Positions 29,375 through 38,889 of a stretch of 64,000 bases of DNA are shown here, piece after piece. Source of the stretch: Candidatus Latescibacterota bacterium (GTDB lineage: Bacteria; Latescibacterota; UBA2968; UBA8231); assembly GCA_965248265.1 (NCBI GenBank), contig CBDFJF010000002.1, forward strand, positions 480,001 through 544,000, written 5' to 3'. The stretch's first letter is position 1. Every line of letters starts with the position of its first letter. A program made the position numbers and the translations under genes. The notes below the pieces were generated by a model. That model saw only the letters and a program-made list of their open reading frames with translations, made no database searches and had not been told where the DNA came from.

Positions 29375-31037
29375 TACGGACGATTCCTGCGTCGCCGTCT
29401 ACCTCGACCGTCTGTCCGTCGGCTATTGTATGAGTAGCGACGCCCGTACCGACGACAGCCGGGATTCGGTACTCCCGCGCGACGACGGCGCAGTGACTCA
29501 AAATGCCCCCGGTGTTGGTGACGATGGCAGCCGCCGTAGCGAACAGGGGTGTCCAGGGCGGAGCGGTGGTCTCGGCGACCAGGACATCACCCGGCTTGAG
29601 TTTGTCAGAGTCATCGAGGGAGCTAATGATCCTGGCCGTGCCGGTGACTTTTCCAGGGGAGCCGGCGTTGCCGTTGAGGGTGTCGGCCGAGTCGCTGGGA
29701 GCCGGTGGCAGTCCAAAGAACTTGCCGAAGGCGGAGGTAACCAGGCCTGGGGGTGGTGGTCCGTAGTCCGTTCCCATGAACAGGGGTGGATTCAACGAGT
29801 TGAAGTGCTCGAGCTCATTCTTGCGCTGGCGCACGGCGTCGGCGTGGTCCGGTGCAGACGCTGCAGCAGTGGCTGCACTGATCTCGGCTTTACTCAAAAA
29901 GAAAATGTCTTCCCCGGTCTCAATGGCACCGCTGTTTTCGAGCCGGCGTCCCAACTCCATGACGACCATCCTGATGTCGTAACAGGCACGGAAATCGATC
30001 CAAAAGCCGTGGTCTTCCGTGAGCACGACCGCGGCGGCAGAGGCCTTCAGCAACCCTTCGAACTCGTCCCGCACCGCAGCCGGATAGCCTTCGAGCCGCT
30101 GTCTGACGGCGGCTACAGCTTCCTCACGCTCCGCCGCTCTCTCATCCAACTGGCCGGCGGGGTCCTCATTATGCTCCATGTAATCTTTCAGGTTGACGAT
30201 GACGGGGCTGGGATCCTCGAGCCAGCTGGTGTGGCAGATTCCCCACAGCGTGCCGCGTTGGCCGTAGGCGCCGAGAAACCCCTCGAGCTCTTGCCGGAAC
30301 TGTGCACTGCCGCTCGATGCTTCCAATGCCTCCATCACATCGCCGGCAGCATTTTCCTGGATAATCTTGCGGACTTCGTCTGAAGCCAAGGCTTTACGGC
30401 TCAGGTCCCACAGAGCCCGTCCCAGCTGCAGCGAGGTGTTGTCGTGTCCTTCCAGCAGCCTGTGCGAGTCGAAGGCGCCGTCGTCGGCAAACAGGTCATG
30501 ATGGAGGTCGTCGAACAGGGCCAGCGACACGTACACGGCGATGACGGTCTCGAAATGGATCGCCCACAAACGGGTCGACTCCTCCCACACCTGCTCGAAG
30601 TGGGCGAGCAGTTCAGCCGTCGATGCCTGCGCCAGGTCAAACGCCTCCCACCTGTCGATGTATTCCCTTATTTCGGGCAGCCATTCCGTATCCCAGCGCT
30701 CCTGGAGACCGTGCACGGAGGTCATCACCAGTTTGTCCGAGTGCATGCCCTGCTCCTGCATTTTTTCCATGGGCACGGACGGAAAGATTCCCAGATAGAC
30801 CCAGTAGTTGAAGACCTTGGTGGTGGCCTGCACTGGCATTTCGTAATGCTCCATTCCCAGGTGCATGCCGTGCATGAAGCGGGTCCAGAATTCGCTCTCG
30901 AGTGGCGGCATGGCGTTGGGGAAGTGCATCTTGTCCAGCTGCCACGGGATCATCTGCTCTTCGGGCGCTGCCCACTCGACGGGGAAGTCCTCTTGAGGTG
31001 GGATGGGTCTGGGTTCGGGATGTCCGTGTTCGGCCAT
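29364..31037 (-). CDS. PEP-utilizing enzyme, substrate-binding + His-swivel subunit (phenylphosphate synthase alpha / RPH C-terminal-like)
   Basis: C-terminal GSPGKVTGTAR...GDVLVAETTAPPWTPLF...GGILSHCAVVAREYRIPAVVG (phospho-His domain); no ATP-grasp domain. Confidence 0.88.
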   Translation of the reverse strand: MAEHGHPEPRPIPPQEDFPVEWAAPEEQMIPWQLDKMHFPNAMPPLESEFWTRFMHGMHLGMEHYEMPVQATTKVFNYWVYLGIFPSVPMEKMQEQGMHSDKLVMTSVHGLQERWDTEWLPEIREYIDRWEAFDLAQASTAELLAHFEQVWEESTRLWAIHFETVIAVYVSLALFDDLHHDLFADDGAFDSHRLLEGHDNTSLQLGRALWDLSRKALASDEVRKIIQENAAGDVMEALEASSGSAQFRQELEGFLGAYGQRGTLWGICHTSWLEDPSPVIVNLKDYMEHNEDPAGQLDERAAEREEAVAAVRQRLEGYPAAVRDEFEGLLKASAAAVVLTEDHGFWIDFRACYDIRMVVMELGRRLENSGAIETGEDIFFLSKAEISAATAAASAPDHADAVRQRKNELEHFNSLNPPLFMGTDYGPPPPGLVTSAFGKFFGLPPAPSDSADTLNGNAGSPGKVTGTARIISSLDDSDKLKPGDVLVAETTAPPWTPLFATAAAIVTNTGGILSHCAVVAREYRIPAVVGTGVATHTIADGQTVEVDGDAGIVRIVG

Positions 31038-31068
31038 GATAGAGATCTCCTCTTGGCGGCAGTGGTGT

Positions 31069-31398
31069 CTATTTCGGGGGTAATTTTATAACAAAGGCCA
31101 CGGCCCTGCTAACCCAAGCCCGCAGGTCTTCGTCCGTTCGATAGCCATCAACGGTGACACACACCATACCCTTGATGGCCTTGTCAGTGAAATCAATTTC
31201 GCGAACGTGCGGGTCTTCGACCGCGCGGGCGACGCGTTCCTCACCCAGATGGAGGAGCAGGAGTTCATCCCGCACACCGCAGCACATATGCCCATTCAGC
31301 AGGTAGGCTACGCCGCCAAACATCCGGGCCTCGGTAATCCCCTTCCGACCCTGCAGCAACTTGCGGACTCGCTCAGCGAGGACCGCGTCGTATGGCAT
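31069..31398 (-). CDS. TfoX/Sxy N-terminal domain protein
   Basis: MPYD..LAERVR, RMFGGVAYLLNGHMCCGV, LRAWV. Confidence 0.85.
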   Translation of the reverse strand: MPYDAVLAERVRKLLQGRKGITEARMFGGVAYLLNGHMCCGVRDELLLLHLGEERVARAVEDPHVREIDFTDKAIKGMVCVTVDGYRTDEDLRAWVSRAVAFVIKLPPK

Positions 31399-31619
31399 GC
31401 CTTTCCCTTATCTTCGGGCGCTCGAATTTTTTGTTCACACGAAGATAATCCATCTGACGGCTCGCGAGACGGTTTTGCAAGCCACGCCGATGGGCAGAAG
31501 ACGGCGAAAAGTTCACATGGGGCTTGTTGACTGTCGAAGATTGGCGTACCTCTGAAAGTCACAAGTCCGTAACCGCAACAAGCCTGCAAAAAACTCGGGA
31601 TCGGAGCATCGGAGTCGAG

Positions 31620-33245
31620 ATGAGTTTCCCCACAGCCGACTGGTCAACTTTCCCGCACGGTTACAGCCTCCTGCTGAACGAGAAGGCTCAGTTTCCCCAA
31701 GATCTGTCCTGCTGGCGCACGAAAGTCGACGCCTCCCACCAGCTGTTCGTCGACACCCACCTGATCGCGCGCAGCACGAACCTCAAACGCCGGCTGCACC
31801 CTGTTGCCAAGCATCCGGCCAATCCCATCGTCCACGACATGTGGGCGTGTTACGTACATCCCGAGGCCGGCGGTGGCTACCGCATGTACGGCAACGGCTG
31901 GCGCGGTCGACTCGATGGCAAGCCACTGCCTGAAGGTGAGAAGACCGTGTGGATGGCCTCCTCCCGGGACGGCATTGACTGGGATGTGAACGCCCAGCCA
32001 ATCCAGGCCCGGACGGATTCGACGGCGCCATGGCAACCGCTGCAAGGGCAGCTCCAGGGCTTGCTGTTCGAGCCCGAGGATGCGGATCCGGAGCAGCACT
32101 GGAAGCTGATCATCGCGGACCGCATGCGTCAACCGACTCCGGGGTCAACGCCATTCACCGGACCAGGACTCTACACCGCCCTCTACGTCTCCGCGGACGG
32201 GTTGCACTGGACCTGGAAGGCGGACACAACCCTGTTGCGCAAGGGAAGTTCCGGCATTCGCCTCTTCGGCCCACCCGGTGAATTTCCCGAAGGGCTCGGC
32301 GACGTCCTGCAGGTGCGATGGGATCCGGTCCTCCAGCGGTATATCGCTCACACCAAGCACACAATCGGACCGGACCCGCGCTTTCCGTTAGAGCTCCACA
32401 ATCCTGACGGCCCCGTGGGCTCTTATGCGGCCCGGGTGGTGGGCTGGGCTGAAAGCGACGACCTGATCCACTGGAGCCCACCGAGGATCTACGCCTACCC
32501 CGACGCCGTGGATGCCGGCTCGCCAGGGATGTACGGAATTTACGAGGCAGACGGTTTTGGCTACGAGGGCATGTGGCTTGGCTGCCTGTCGATGACGGCC
32601 AATGTTCCGGATCCATCCTGCACGGCCAAGCCAAGACACGCCAGTGGTTACAAGCGCAACTGGATTCGTCTGGCCGGCAGCCGCGACGGACGCCACTGGT
32701 ACTATTTGGGCGACCGTGAGGCATTCATTCCAAACGGAGCCGACGATGGGTGGGACGCGCACTATCTGAGGATGGCGCAGCGCGCCACCCTGGCCGGTCC
32801 CGTGGTTGCCGGCGAGGAGGTCCGCTTCTACTACCACGGGCAGTACGGGGGTATACCCGGATGCCCCGGGTTGACCTTGCCCAAGGATCACTGGCAGTGC
32901 GCCGTTGGTATCGGCACGGTGAGGCGGGACGGTTTCGCATCACTGGATGCCGGTGACGAAGCAGGGGAAGTCATCACCAGACCGTTGACCTTTTCGGGGT
33001 CCGGGACTTTGTGCATCAACCTGCAGACGGAGGATGGGGGAACGGTGCGCGCGGCGGTGCTGGAAGAGGATGGGACGCCGATACCGGGTCTGGAGTACGA
33101 CACCTGCACCGCCATGAGCGGAGACTCGGTGCGCCTTCCGGTAGGATGGGCCGGCGGGGATGAGCTGTCGGCGCTGAACGGGCGTTACCTGCGATTCGGT
33201 TTCCGCCTCGAACGCGCCAGCCTCTACTCCTTCTGGGTGGAGTGA
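31620..33245 (+). CDS. glycoside hydrolase-like five-bladed beta-propeller (GH32/43/130-like)
   Basis: QLFVD, KHPANP, S.DG..W repeats, SDDLIHW, FYYHG, RRDGFASL, LYSFW. Confidence 0.75.
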   Translation: MSFPTADWSTFPHGYSLLLNEKAQFPQDLSCWRTKVDASHQLFVDTHLIARSTNLKRRLHPVAKHPANPIVHDMWACYVHPEAGGGYRMYGNGWRGRLDGKPLPEGEKTVWMASSRDGIDWDVNAQPIQARTDSTAPWQPLQGQLQGLLFEPEDADPEQHWKLIIADRMRQPTPGSTPFTGPGLYTALYVSADGLHWTWKADTTLLRKGSSGIRLFGPPGEFPEGLGDVLQVRWDPVLQRYIAHTKHTIGPDPRFPLELHNPDGPVGSYAARVVGWAESDDLIHWSPPRIYAYPDAVDAGSPGMYGIYEADGFGYEGMWLGCLSMTANVPDPSCTAKPRHASGYKRNWIRLAGSRDGRHWYYLGDREAFIPNGADDGWDAHYLRMAQRATLAGPVVAGEEVRFYYHGQYGGIPGCPGLTLPKDHWQCAVGIGTVRRDGFASLDAGDEAGEVITRPLTFSGSGTLCINLQTEDGGTVRAAVLEEDGTPIPGLEYDTCTAMSGDSVRLPVGWAGGDELSALNGRYLRFGFRLERASLYSFWVE

Positions 33246-33250
33246 TGTAG

Positions 33251-33744
33251 TTACTCCGACCATTCCTCTCGAATGGTGACGGGTTCGCCGCCATCGATGT
33301 CGGAATGATGGAGGATGACCCTCAGTTTTCCGGCTGCGTCGATGACGCGGATTTCGCTGGCGGTCTCGGAGACGCGGGTTTCCTCATGTACGGCCAGAAG
33401 CCGTCCATCGCCGCTGTAGATGCGTCCGTTCATCAGAGGTGAACCCGAGCACGACTCCCCTGTGGGCTCATACGCTTCGTGTTTGACCACGCGACCGTCG
33501 GCGTCCCGGAACACGCGAGACAATCCATCCGCAATTCTCTGTGCCAGGATGGGTCGTAGCAGCAATCCTGAGGAGTGTAGCACACCCGTACGAAGTGGCC
33601 GGTGGCATCGTACTCTTCCACGAATTCGCCTGCATCCGTCGCAGTGAATCTGTAGTGTGCGACGCCCACTGGGCTGGACTCATACAGGCCAACTCCAATG
33701 GGGGACTGCTTGCTCCAACGATAGTCCTCAAACCAACGGGTCAT
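33251..33744 (-). pseudogene. frameshifted hypothetical gene with YD/MORN-like beta-hairpin repeats
   Basis: Two overlapping ORFs (33433-33744, 33251-33583) share the repeat unit EEYDATGHFV / FRDADGRVV / YSGDGRLL / IDAAGKLR. They can be joined by a 1-nt shift near 33530; GAGGA RBS at 33744. Confidence 0.5.
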
Positions 33745-33919
33745 GGGATCCTCTTCGCCAATCGTCGTGGATACCTGGAAAGACTCGGTTTTCTTCGCGG
33801 CAATATAGTCAACGGGGATCTGGTCGGCGATTCACCGCCGGCCGATATTCGCGGCGTGATAATGACCGCTCAGAGAATTCACCACTGACAGACAGCATTC
33901 AACTCTCAGGAGATTCACA

Positions 33920-34930
33920 GTGAAGATCACCAGCATCGAACGCTTCGTCACCGCCGTCCCCCACATTCCGTCGATAGAGAAGAGTCGGCCTGAACACTAT
34001 AGGGGAAACCCGATCACGATCATCCGCGTGCACACGGATGAAGGCATCACCGGCATCGGGGAAGGAGGCCGCGGCGATCTCATGGAGGATGTAGAGGAAA
34101 CGTGGGTGGGAACCGATCCGCTGACACAGAATCTGACGACGATGGGGGGCGCCATCGCCATGGCCTGCTTTGATATCGTCGGTAAGGCGCTGGGCGTCCC
34201 GGCTTACCGGTTGATGGGAACGAAGCACTTCGACAAGGTGCCCGTGGGCTGGTGGTCGCCGCCGCTGGAGCCAGCGGAGTTTGCCACCATGGCGGAGGAG
34301 GGCGCCCTGCTCGGGTACAAAACTCATAAACTGAAAGCGCGGCCCTGGAACATCGTCGAAACAGTGGAACTGATGACCAAGGCGGCCGGCCCTGACCTGG
34401 GGATCATCGTGGATCCCAATTTTTCCTTCGGCGACCTCGCCACTTCGTTGCGCCTTGCCCGTCAACTGGAACCTTACAACATCGAGGCTTTCGAGGATCC
34501 GTTCCGTTATTTACCCGGTTGGCACCAGTATCACCATTTTCGCCAGCATTCGATCATTCCTCTGGCGCCGCACCTGGGCGACCCGAAGCTGATGATGAGC
34601 GCGATCCGTGCCGATGCTGCTGACACCTTCAACGTGGGCGGCAACGTTGAGACCGTGCAGATCATGGCGGGCATGGCCGAGGCGGCGGGTATGCCGGTGT
34701 GGCTGCAGGTCGTCGGCCTCGGCCTGGGGGTTTCCGGAGCCTACGGCACTCACGTGCACGCCGTCATCCGCAACGCCACGATTCCCTCGGATTCCCTTCA
34801 CTTCACCCGGGAAGACGACCTGATCGGCGGGGCCCTTACTCCGAAGGACGGGTTCGTAGATGTACCTGACACGCCGGGTCTGGGTGTGGAGTTGGACATG
34901 GCGGCGGTGGAAAAGTACCGCGTGGGCTGA
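33920..34930 (+). CDS. mandelate racemase / muconate lactonizing enzyme family protein
   Basis: RVHTDEGITGIGE, MACFDIVGK, HKLK, VDPN, FEDP, PDTPGLGV; AGGAG RBS. Confidence 0.88.
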   Translation: MKITSIERFVTAVPHIPSIEKSRPEHYRGNPITIIRVHTDEGITGIGEGGRGDLMEDVEETWVGTDPLTQNLTTMGGAIAMACFDIVGKALGVPAYRLMGTKHFDKVPVGWWSPPLEPAEFATMAEEGALLGYKTHKLKARPWNIVETVELMTKAAGPDLGIIVDPNFSFGDLATSLRLARQLEPYNIEAFEDPFRYLPGWHQYHHFRQHSIIPLAPHLGDPKLMMSAIRADAADTFNVGGNVETVQIMAGMAEAAGMPVWLQVVGLGLGVSGAYGTHVHAVIRNATIPSDSLHFTREDDLIGGALTPKDGFVDVPDTPGLGVELDMAAVEKYRVG

Positions 34931-34934
34931 AGTA

Positions 34935-36236
34935 ATGATCGATCATTACGAAGCCGTCATACCACGATCGACCATAAGCTTCAGCCCATCCTGTGGCAGC
35001 ATGTTGCCGTTGTCGGATGGGAGGATAATGCTGGCTTGGGGTGCCGGTAGCGCCAACGAAGTCGAACCCCTCAGAGCTAACTTTTCCAGCGATGGGGGAC
35101 GGACGTGGACGGATTCAGCGACGGTGAAGAAACGGGATGGGTCCAACATTGAGTGTGTGATCGGACCTTCCCTGGTGAGAATTTCGCCAAGCAAGATCGG
35201 GCTCGTGCATACCTCCGCCATGCGTCGCTCCGGCCGTCCACTCCACTACGATAGGGAGGTGACCTTTCATTATTCAGAGGATGAGGGCGAAACCTGGTCG
35301 GAGGGAATCGAGGTGGCTCCTTACCGGAACAGGATGGATCCGATTTTCGATCACTGCATTCGCCTGAACAGTGGCAGGCTGGTGGTCCCGTTCTATCAGG
35401 GTATGGGGCCTGTACCGATTGTGGATGATCCAGGAAACAGCCAGCTCTTCGGAGAAAAATTCAGCAACGTGTTCTCTTACAGTATGTGTTTCTCACTGGC
35501 TTATTACTCAGATGACGAGGGCGTGACGTGGCACCGAAGCCTCAATGAGGTGCACGCGACCATCGACCGGGGAATGGGTGGCAGCTATTCCATGGTGGAA
35601 CCGGTCATCGCCGAGCTGGGAGATGGCAGGTTGCTGATGCTCGGCAACACTGCGCTGGGAAGGGTTTTTCGCTCTTATTCAGAAGACGGGGGTGAAAGCT
35701 GGTTGGAGGCCGAGCCTACTGAACTGGTACTGCGGCGAAGCCCTCTGTGCCTGAAGCGCATTCCGGGCAGCGAAGATGTATTGGTCATCTGGAGCCAGAT
35801 TTCTCCCTGGGAAGCGATGCAGGGCATCTACCGTCACCGGCTCAGCTGCGCCGTCAGCTCAGATGGCGGCGTAACGTGGAAGCACCACAAGAACCTGGAG
35901 AGTCTGGACGATGTCGATTATCTCGAGCCGGTGCCGGTCCAGTACTATCCGCTAGGAGCCAATCGCCAACCGCTCGATCGGACGCGTTACCACCGAGCGC
36001 CCGGTCCGCTGCGGTTGGACCATCCCTACTGCTTGATTCACGAGGGCAACGCCATAATCATCTATGGCCGTGGTGCTCTGGGTGATCCCGACATCATCAA
36101 TGCTACCTACGGGATGGATTTCGAGGAAACGGCGGCGGAGGTTGGTTTCGAAATCAATCCCGACGATCCCCGCCGGGTACTCGGGCACAACAAGGTTCAT
36201 GTGATGCCGGTGGAATGGTTTTACGGGGGCCGATGA
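34935..36236 (+). CDS. BNR/Asp-box sialidase-like protein
   Basis: SSDGGRTW, SEDEGETW, SDDEGVTW, SEDGGESW, SSDGGVTW. Confidence 0.85.
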   Translation: MIDHYEAVIPRSTISFSPSCGSMLPLSDGRIMLAWGAGSANEVEPLRANFSSDGGRTWTDSATVKKRDGSNIECVIGPSLVRISPSKIGLVHTSAMRRSGRPLHYDREVTFHYSEDEGETWSEGIEVAPYRNRMDPIFDHCIRLNSGRLVVPFYQGMGPVPIVDDPGNSQLFGEKFSNVFSYSMCFSLAYYSDDEGVTWHRSLNEVHATIDRGMGGSYSMVEPVIAELGDGRLLMLGNTALGRVFRSYSEDGGESWLEAEPTELVLRRSPLCLKRIPGSEDVLVIWSQISPWEAMQGIYRHRLSCAVSSDGGVTWKHHKNLESLDDVDYLEPVPVQYYPLGANRQPLDRTRYHRAPGPLRLDHPYCLIHEGNAIIIYGRGALGDPDIINATYGMDFEETAAEVGFEINPDDPRRVLGHNKVHVMPVEWFYGGR

Positions 36237-36258
36237 GCTTTGGCGGGCCGTAGCTACC

Positions 36259-38646
36259 TCAGAAAGGCCGGCTGAAGCGAGCCAACAGGCGCCACCTTTC
36301 GCGGTCGTCGTCCAGTGGGCGTGCGATGTCGACGCGGAACTCCTGGTCTGACGTGCCCACGCCAAAGCCGAAGCTGCGCTTGAGTGCGGGTTCATCAGCG
36401 CCTTCGAACGGGTCGGATCGATCGCTGGCGAACCAGGCCGATCCGGCGTCAAAGAACATGCCGATCCCCAGGTCATCCACGGGCAGATCGGCGGACCAGT
36501 AGTGGTCGGCGTCAACCCAGTACTCGAAGTTGATGAGAACCATGCGGTCGCCGGTGAACTGCTTGAAGTCGTATCCCCGAATCGTTGAGAATCCACCCAG
36601 GTCGTACAGGTACTGTGACGGCAGGTTTCCCTTGGCGGTGCCGGTCCGCAATCGCATGTCGAGCCGGATGCCGCGATCGACGCGCTGATAGCGGCGCAGG
36701 TCGAAGAGATAGCGCTTAAATTCGTGGTCCCCTCGTAGCGCCCCTCCAGCTCGCTCGAAGAGGCCGTTCAGGAACCAGCCTTGCCGAGGGCCGTGCCCGT
36801 TTCGGGTGTCCAGCTGGACATCTAAGCGCGCACTGGAGATGACGCCTTCGCTGACATCCGGGTTCGGACGAAAGTTGTCGCGCGCGAAGCGGTTGCCGAT
36901 GACGCCCCAGCCGACGGCGTTGTCGAGCGACTCGAACTCATCGCGCGCGTAGCGTCCCGTAACCTGCAGTATGCCGCCGATGTTGTGGCCCGTGTAGGCG
37001 CTCCAGCCGTAACGCCGGTAATAGTCACGGTAATCTCGCTTGAACAGCACGGCATCGATCGAGTTCTCTTCCTGCGAAATCAGCCAGCCATCCTGCGAGT
37101 CGACCATGTTGTGAAGGTCCAGGCCGATCGTCATCAGGTGAGAGTCGGCTCTGGGCGGCCCGTAAAAGGAGTAGAGTTCGCCAGCGACCCGGTACTGCCA
37201 GTTTTGGTTGCCGAAGCCGAAACCGACGTCGCCGTAATGGGCCATACCGGACTTCTCGCGGTACTCCCGGGGCAACATCCACCCAGTGTACAGTCCTTCC
37301 ACGCGATCGTATCGCAACACCAGGCCCTCGGAATCAAGATCCCAGTAGTCAGGGATTTCCGCTGACCATTTGCGCTCCCACTCCAGGTAGCGGTCCGTGT
37401 GCCACGCCGGTTCGGGAGCAGGTGGTGGCTGCAGTAAAGCCACGTGTTTTCGGGCGGCATCGATAGCGGCCTCGGTGAGGGCGATCACCGTTTGGCCGTG
37501 AACGAACATGACGTCGCGGTCAGTCGCGCCGTCCGAGGAAAGGTGGAAGCTACTCGGATCGAGGTTTGCCAGGACCTGAGCGGCCTGTCGCCGTACGTAC
37601 TCATCATCGCTTTGCAGGGCGAATGTCAGGACAGGGAAGAAGGCCGGCGCCGTTAATTTGTGCAGTGAATGCGCTGCCTTGCGCCGCACGTATTCATCCT
37701 CGTGGCCGAGGGCCTGAACCAGGAGGTAAGTGGCGTCGCTGACGCCGCCGGCCGGGGCGGAGTCATCCAGTGCCGGGACGGCAGGAGGGGCGACGAAGAT
37801 TCCGGGCGCCGTGGCAGCGGGTGATTCGAATGACGCTGTGGGAGTGGAGTCCTCGACAGACACGGGGGGCATGAGTACGCCGATCGTCTTCAGGTGGGCG
37901 TCTCCGACAAGCCGTCCATGGTGGCCGTTGCCGGACAGGTCTGGCACTGACCCTTGTGCGTCCAATCCTTCGAATCGGTAATAGGCGATCAAGCCGGGTT
38001 GAGGATCCGCAACGGCACGGTTCATGTTGAGGCGGATCTCGTTTCCCGACAGGGCACGGTTCCAGATGCGGGCTTCATCGATCAAGCCGTGGAACTCGGA
38101 GCCATGGTTGGGCGCTCCCAGCCGCAACGGTCCGCTGGTATCGCGGATTCCCGAGGTGTCGAACGTGCGGATCGCCACCGGATTGCCATTGTGATAGATG
38201 GTCATGGAGTTGGCCGAGCTGTTGATCACCGCGGCCACGTGGTACCATTGGCCGGCGCCGATGACATCAGCGGGAGTATCCAGCGTCAGATGTCCTGTCT
38301 GGACATGACTGACCGGCGTCGAGGACAGATGTATGTAGCCGCGATTATTGTAAAACAGGCTGAACTCCCGGTTGCTGTGGTCGGTGGCCTGCGCGAGGTC
38401 TCCCTTCCAGAACAGGGTCTGCCACACCGCGTTCGGATCGTCGACACGGAACCAGGTGGTCAGGGTAAGGTCCTCGGCTGCATGGAGTGCAGGAGTGTCG
38501 GGGATTTCCATGTAATCGCCGTGACCGTCCAGGGATAGCACATGTCCCTGTAGAGCGGCAGTGGCCGTGGTCAGGGCGAGGACGAACAAGGCCGAACTCA
38601 GGGCGAAATGAACAGGGCGATTCCGGGAATTGATTGCGCGTCTCAT
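36259..38646 (-). CDS. secreted LamG + HEAT-repeat + Omp85/BamA-like beta-barrel protein
   Basis: Signal peptide; LamG-like LSLDG..DY, WYHVA, FHGLIDEARIWNRAL, LIAYYRF; Pro/Ala linker; two HEAT repeats (LGHEDEYVRRKAA, LQSDDEYVRRQAA); RYDRVEGL; LGGFSTIRGY; terminal RFSRPF. Confidence 0.8.
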   Translation of the reverse strand: MRRAINSRNRPVHFALSSALFVLALTTATAALQGHVLSLDGHGDYMEIPDTPALHAAEDLTLTTWFRVDDPNAVWQTLFWKGDLAQATDHSNREFSLFYNNRGYIHLSSTPVSHVQTGHLTLDTPADVIGAGQWYHVAAVINSSANSMTIYHNGNPVAIRTFDTSGIRDTSGPLRLGAPNHGSEFHGLIDEARIWNRALSGNEIRLNMNRAVADPQPGLIAYYRFEGLDAQGSVPDLSGNGHHGRLVGDAHLKTIGVLMPPVSVEDSTPTASFESPAATAPGIFVAPPAVPALDDSAPAGGVSDATYLLVQALGHEDEYVRRKAAHSLHKLTAPAFFPVLTFALQSDDEYVRRQAAQVLANLDPSSFHLSSDGATDRDVMFVHGQTVIALTEAAIDAARKHVALLQPPPAPEPAWHTDRYLEWERKWSAEIPDYWDLDSEGLVLRYDRVEGLYTGWMLPREYREKSGMAHYGDVGFGFGNQNWQYRVAGELYSFYGPPRADSHLMTIGLDLHNMVDSQDGWLISQEENSIDAVLFKRDYRDYYRRYGWSAYTGHNIGGILQVTGRYARDEFESLDNAVGWGVIGNRFARDNFRPNPDVSEGVISSARLDVQLDTRNGHGPRQGWFLNGLFERAGGALRGDHEFKRYLFDLRRYQRVDRGIRLDMRLRTGTAKGNLPSQYLYDLGGFSTIRGYDFKQFTGDRMVLINFEYWVDADHYWSADLPVDDLGIGMFFDAGSAWFASDRSDPFEGADEPALKRSFGFGVGTSDQEFRVDIARPLDDDRERWRLLARFSRPF

Positions 38647-38889
38647 GAGGACGGCTCCTGGAGCGAGAGCTGCGGTGAGAGCTTGCCCGTCTAGGCGATC
38701 GGGGTGGGGCGTACCTCTCCGCTAACTCTGTCTATATAGGTAGCCAATATCAACAAAGATTTGGTCTGGAAGATTCCATTTTACCACGACAGGATCGACT
38801 TCACTTCGACATCTCGGCCGGGGACCATATTTTGTGTCAGCAAGACGTTCGAAAAGACGAATCGCCAGCACCGGTTGTGGAGAAATCGA

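Noticed and set aside
29364-31037. Rifampicin resistance gene rph
   Set aside because: It lacks the fused ATP-grasp domain, and substrate specificity cannot be read from the sequence.
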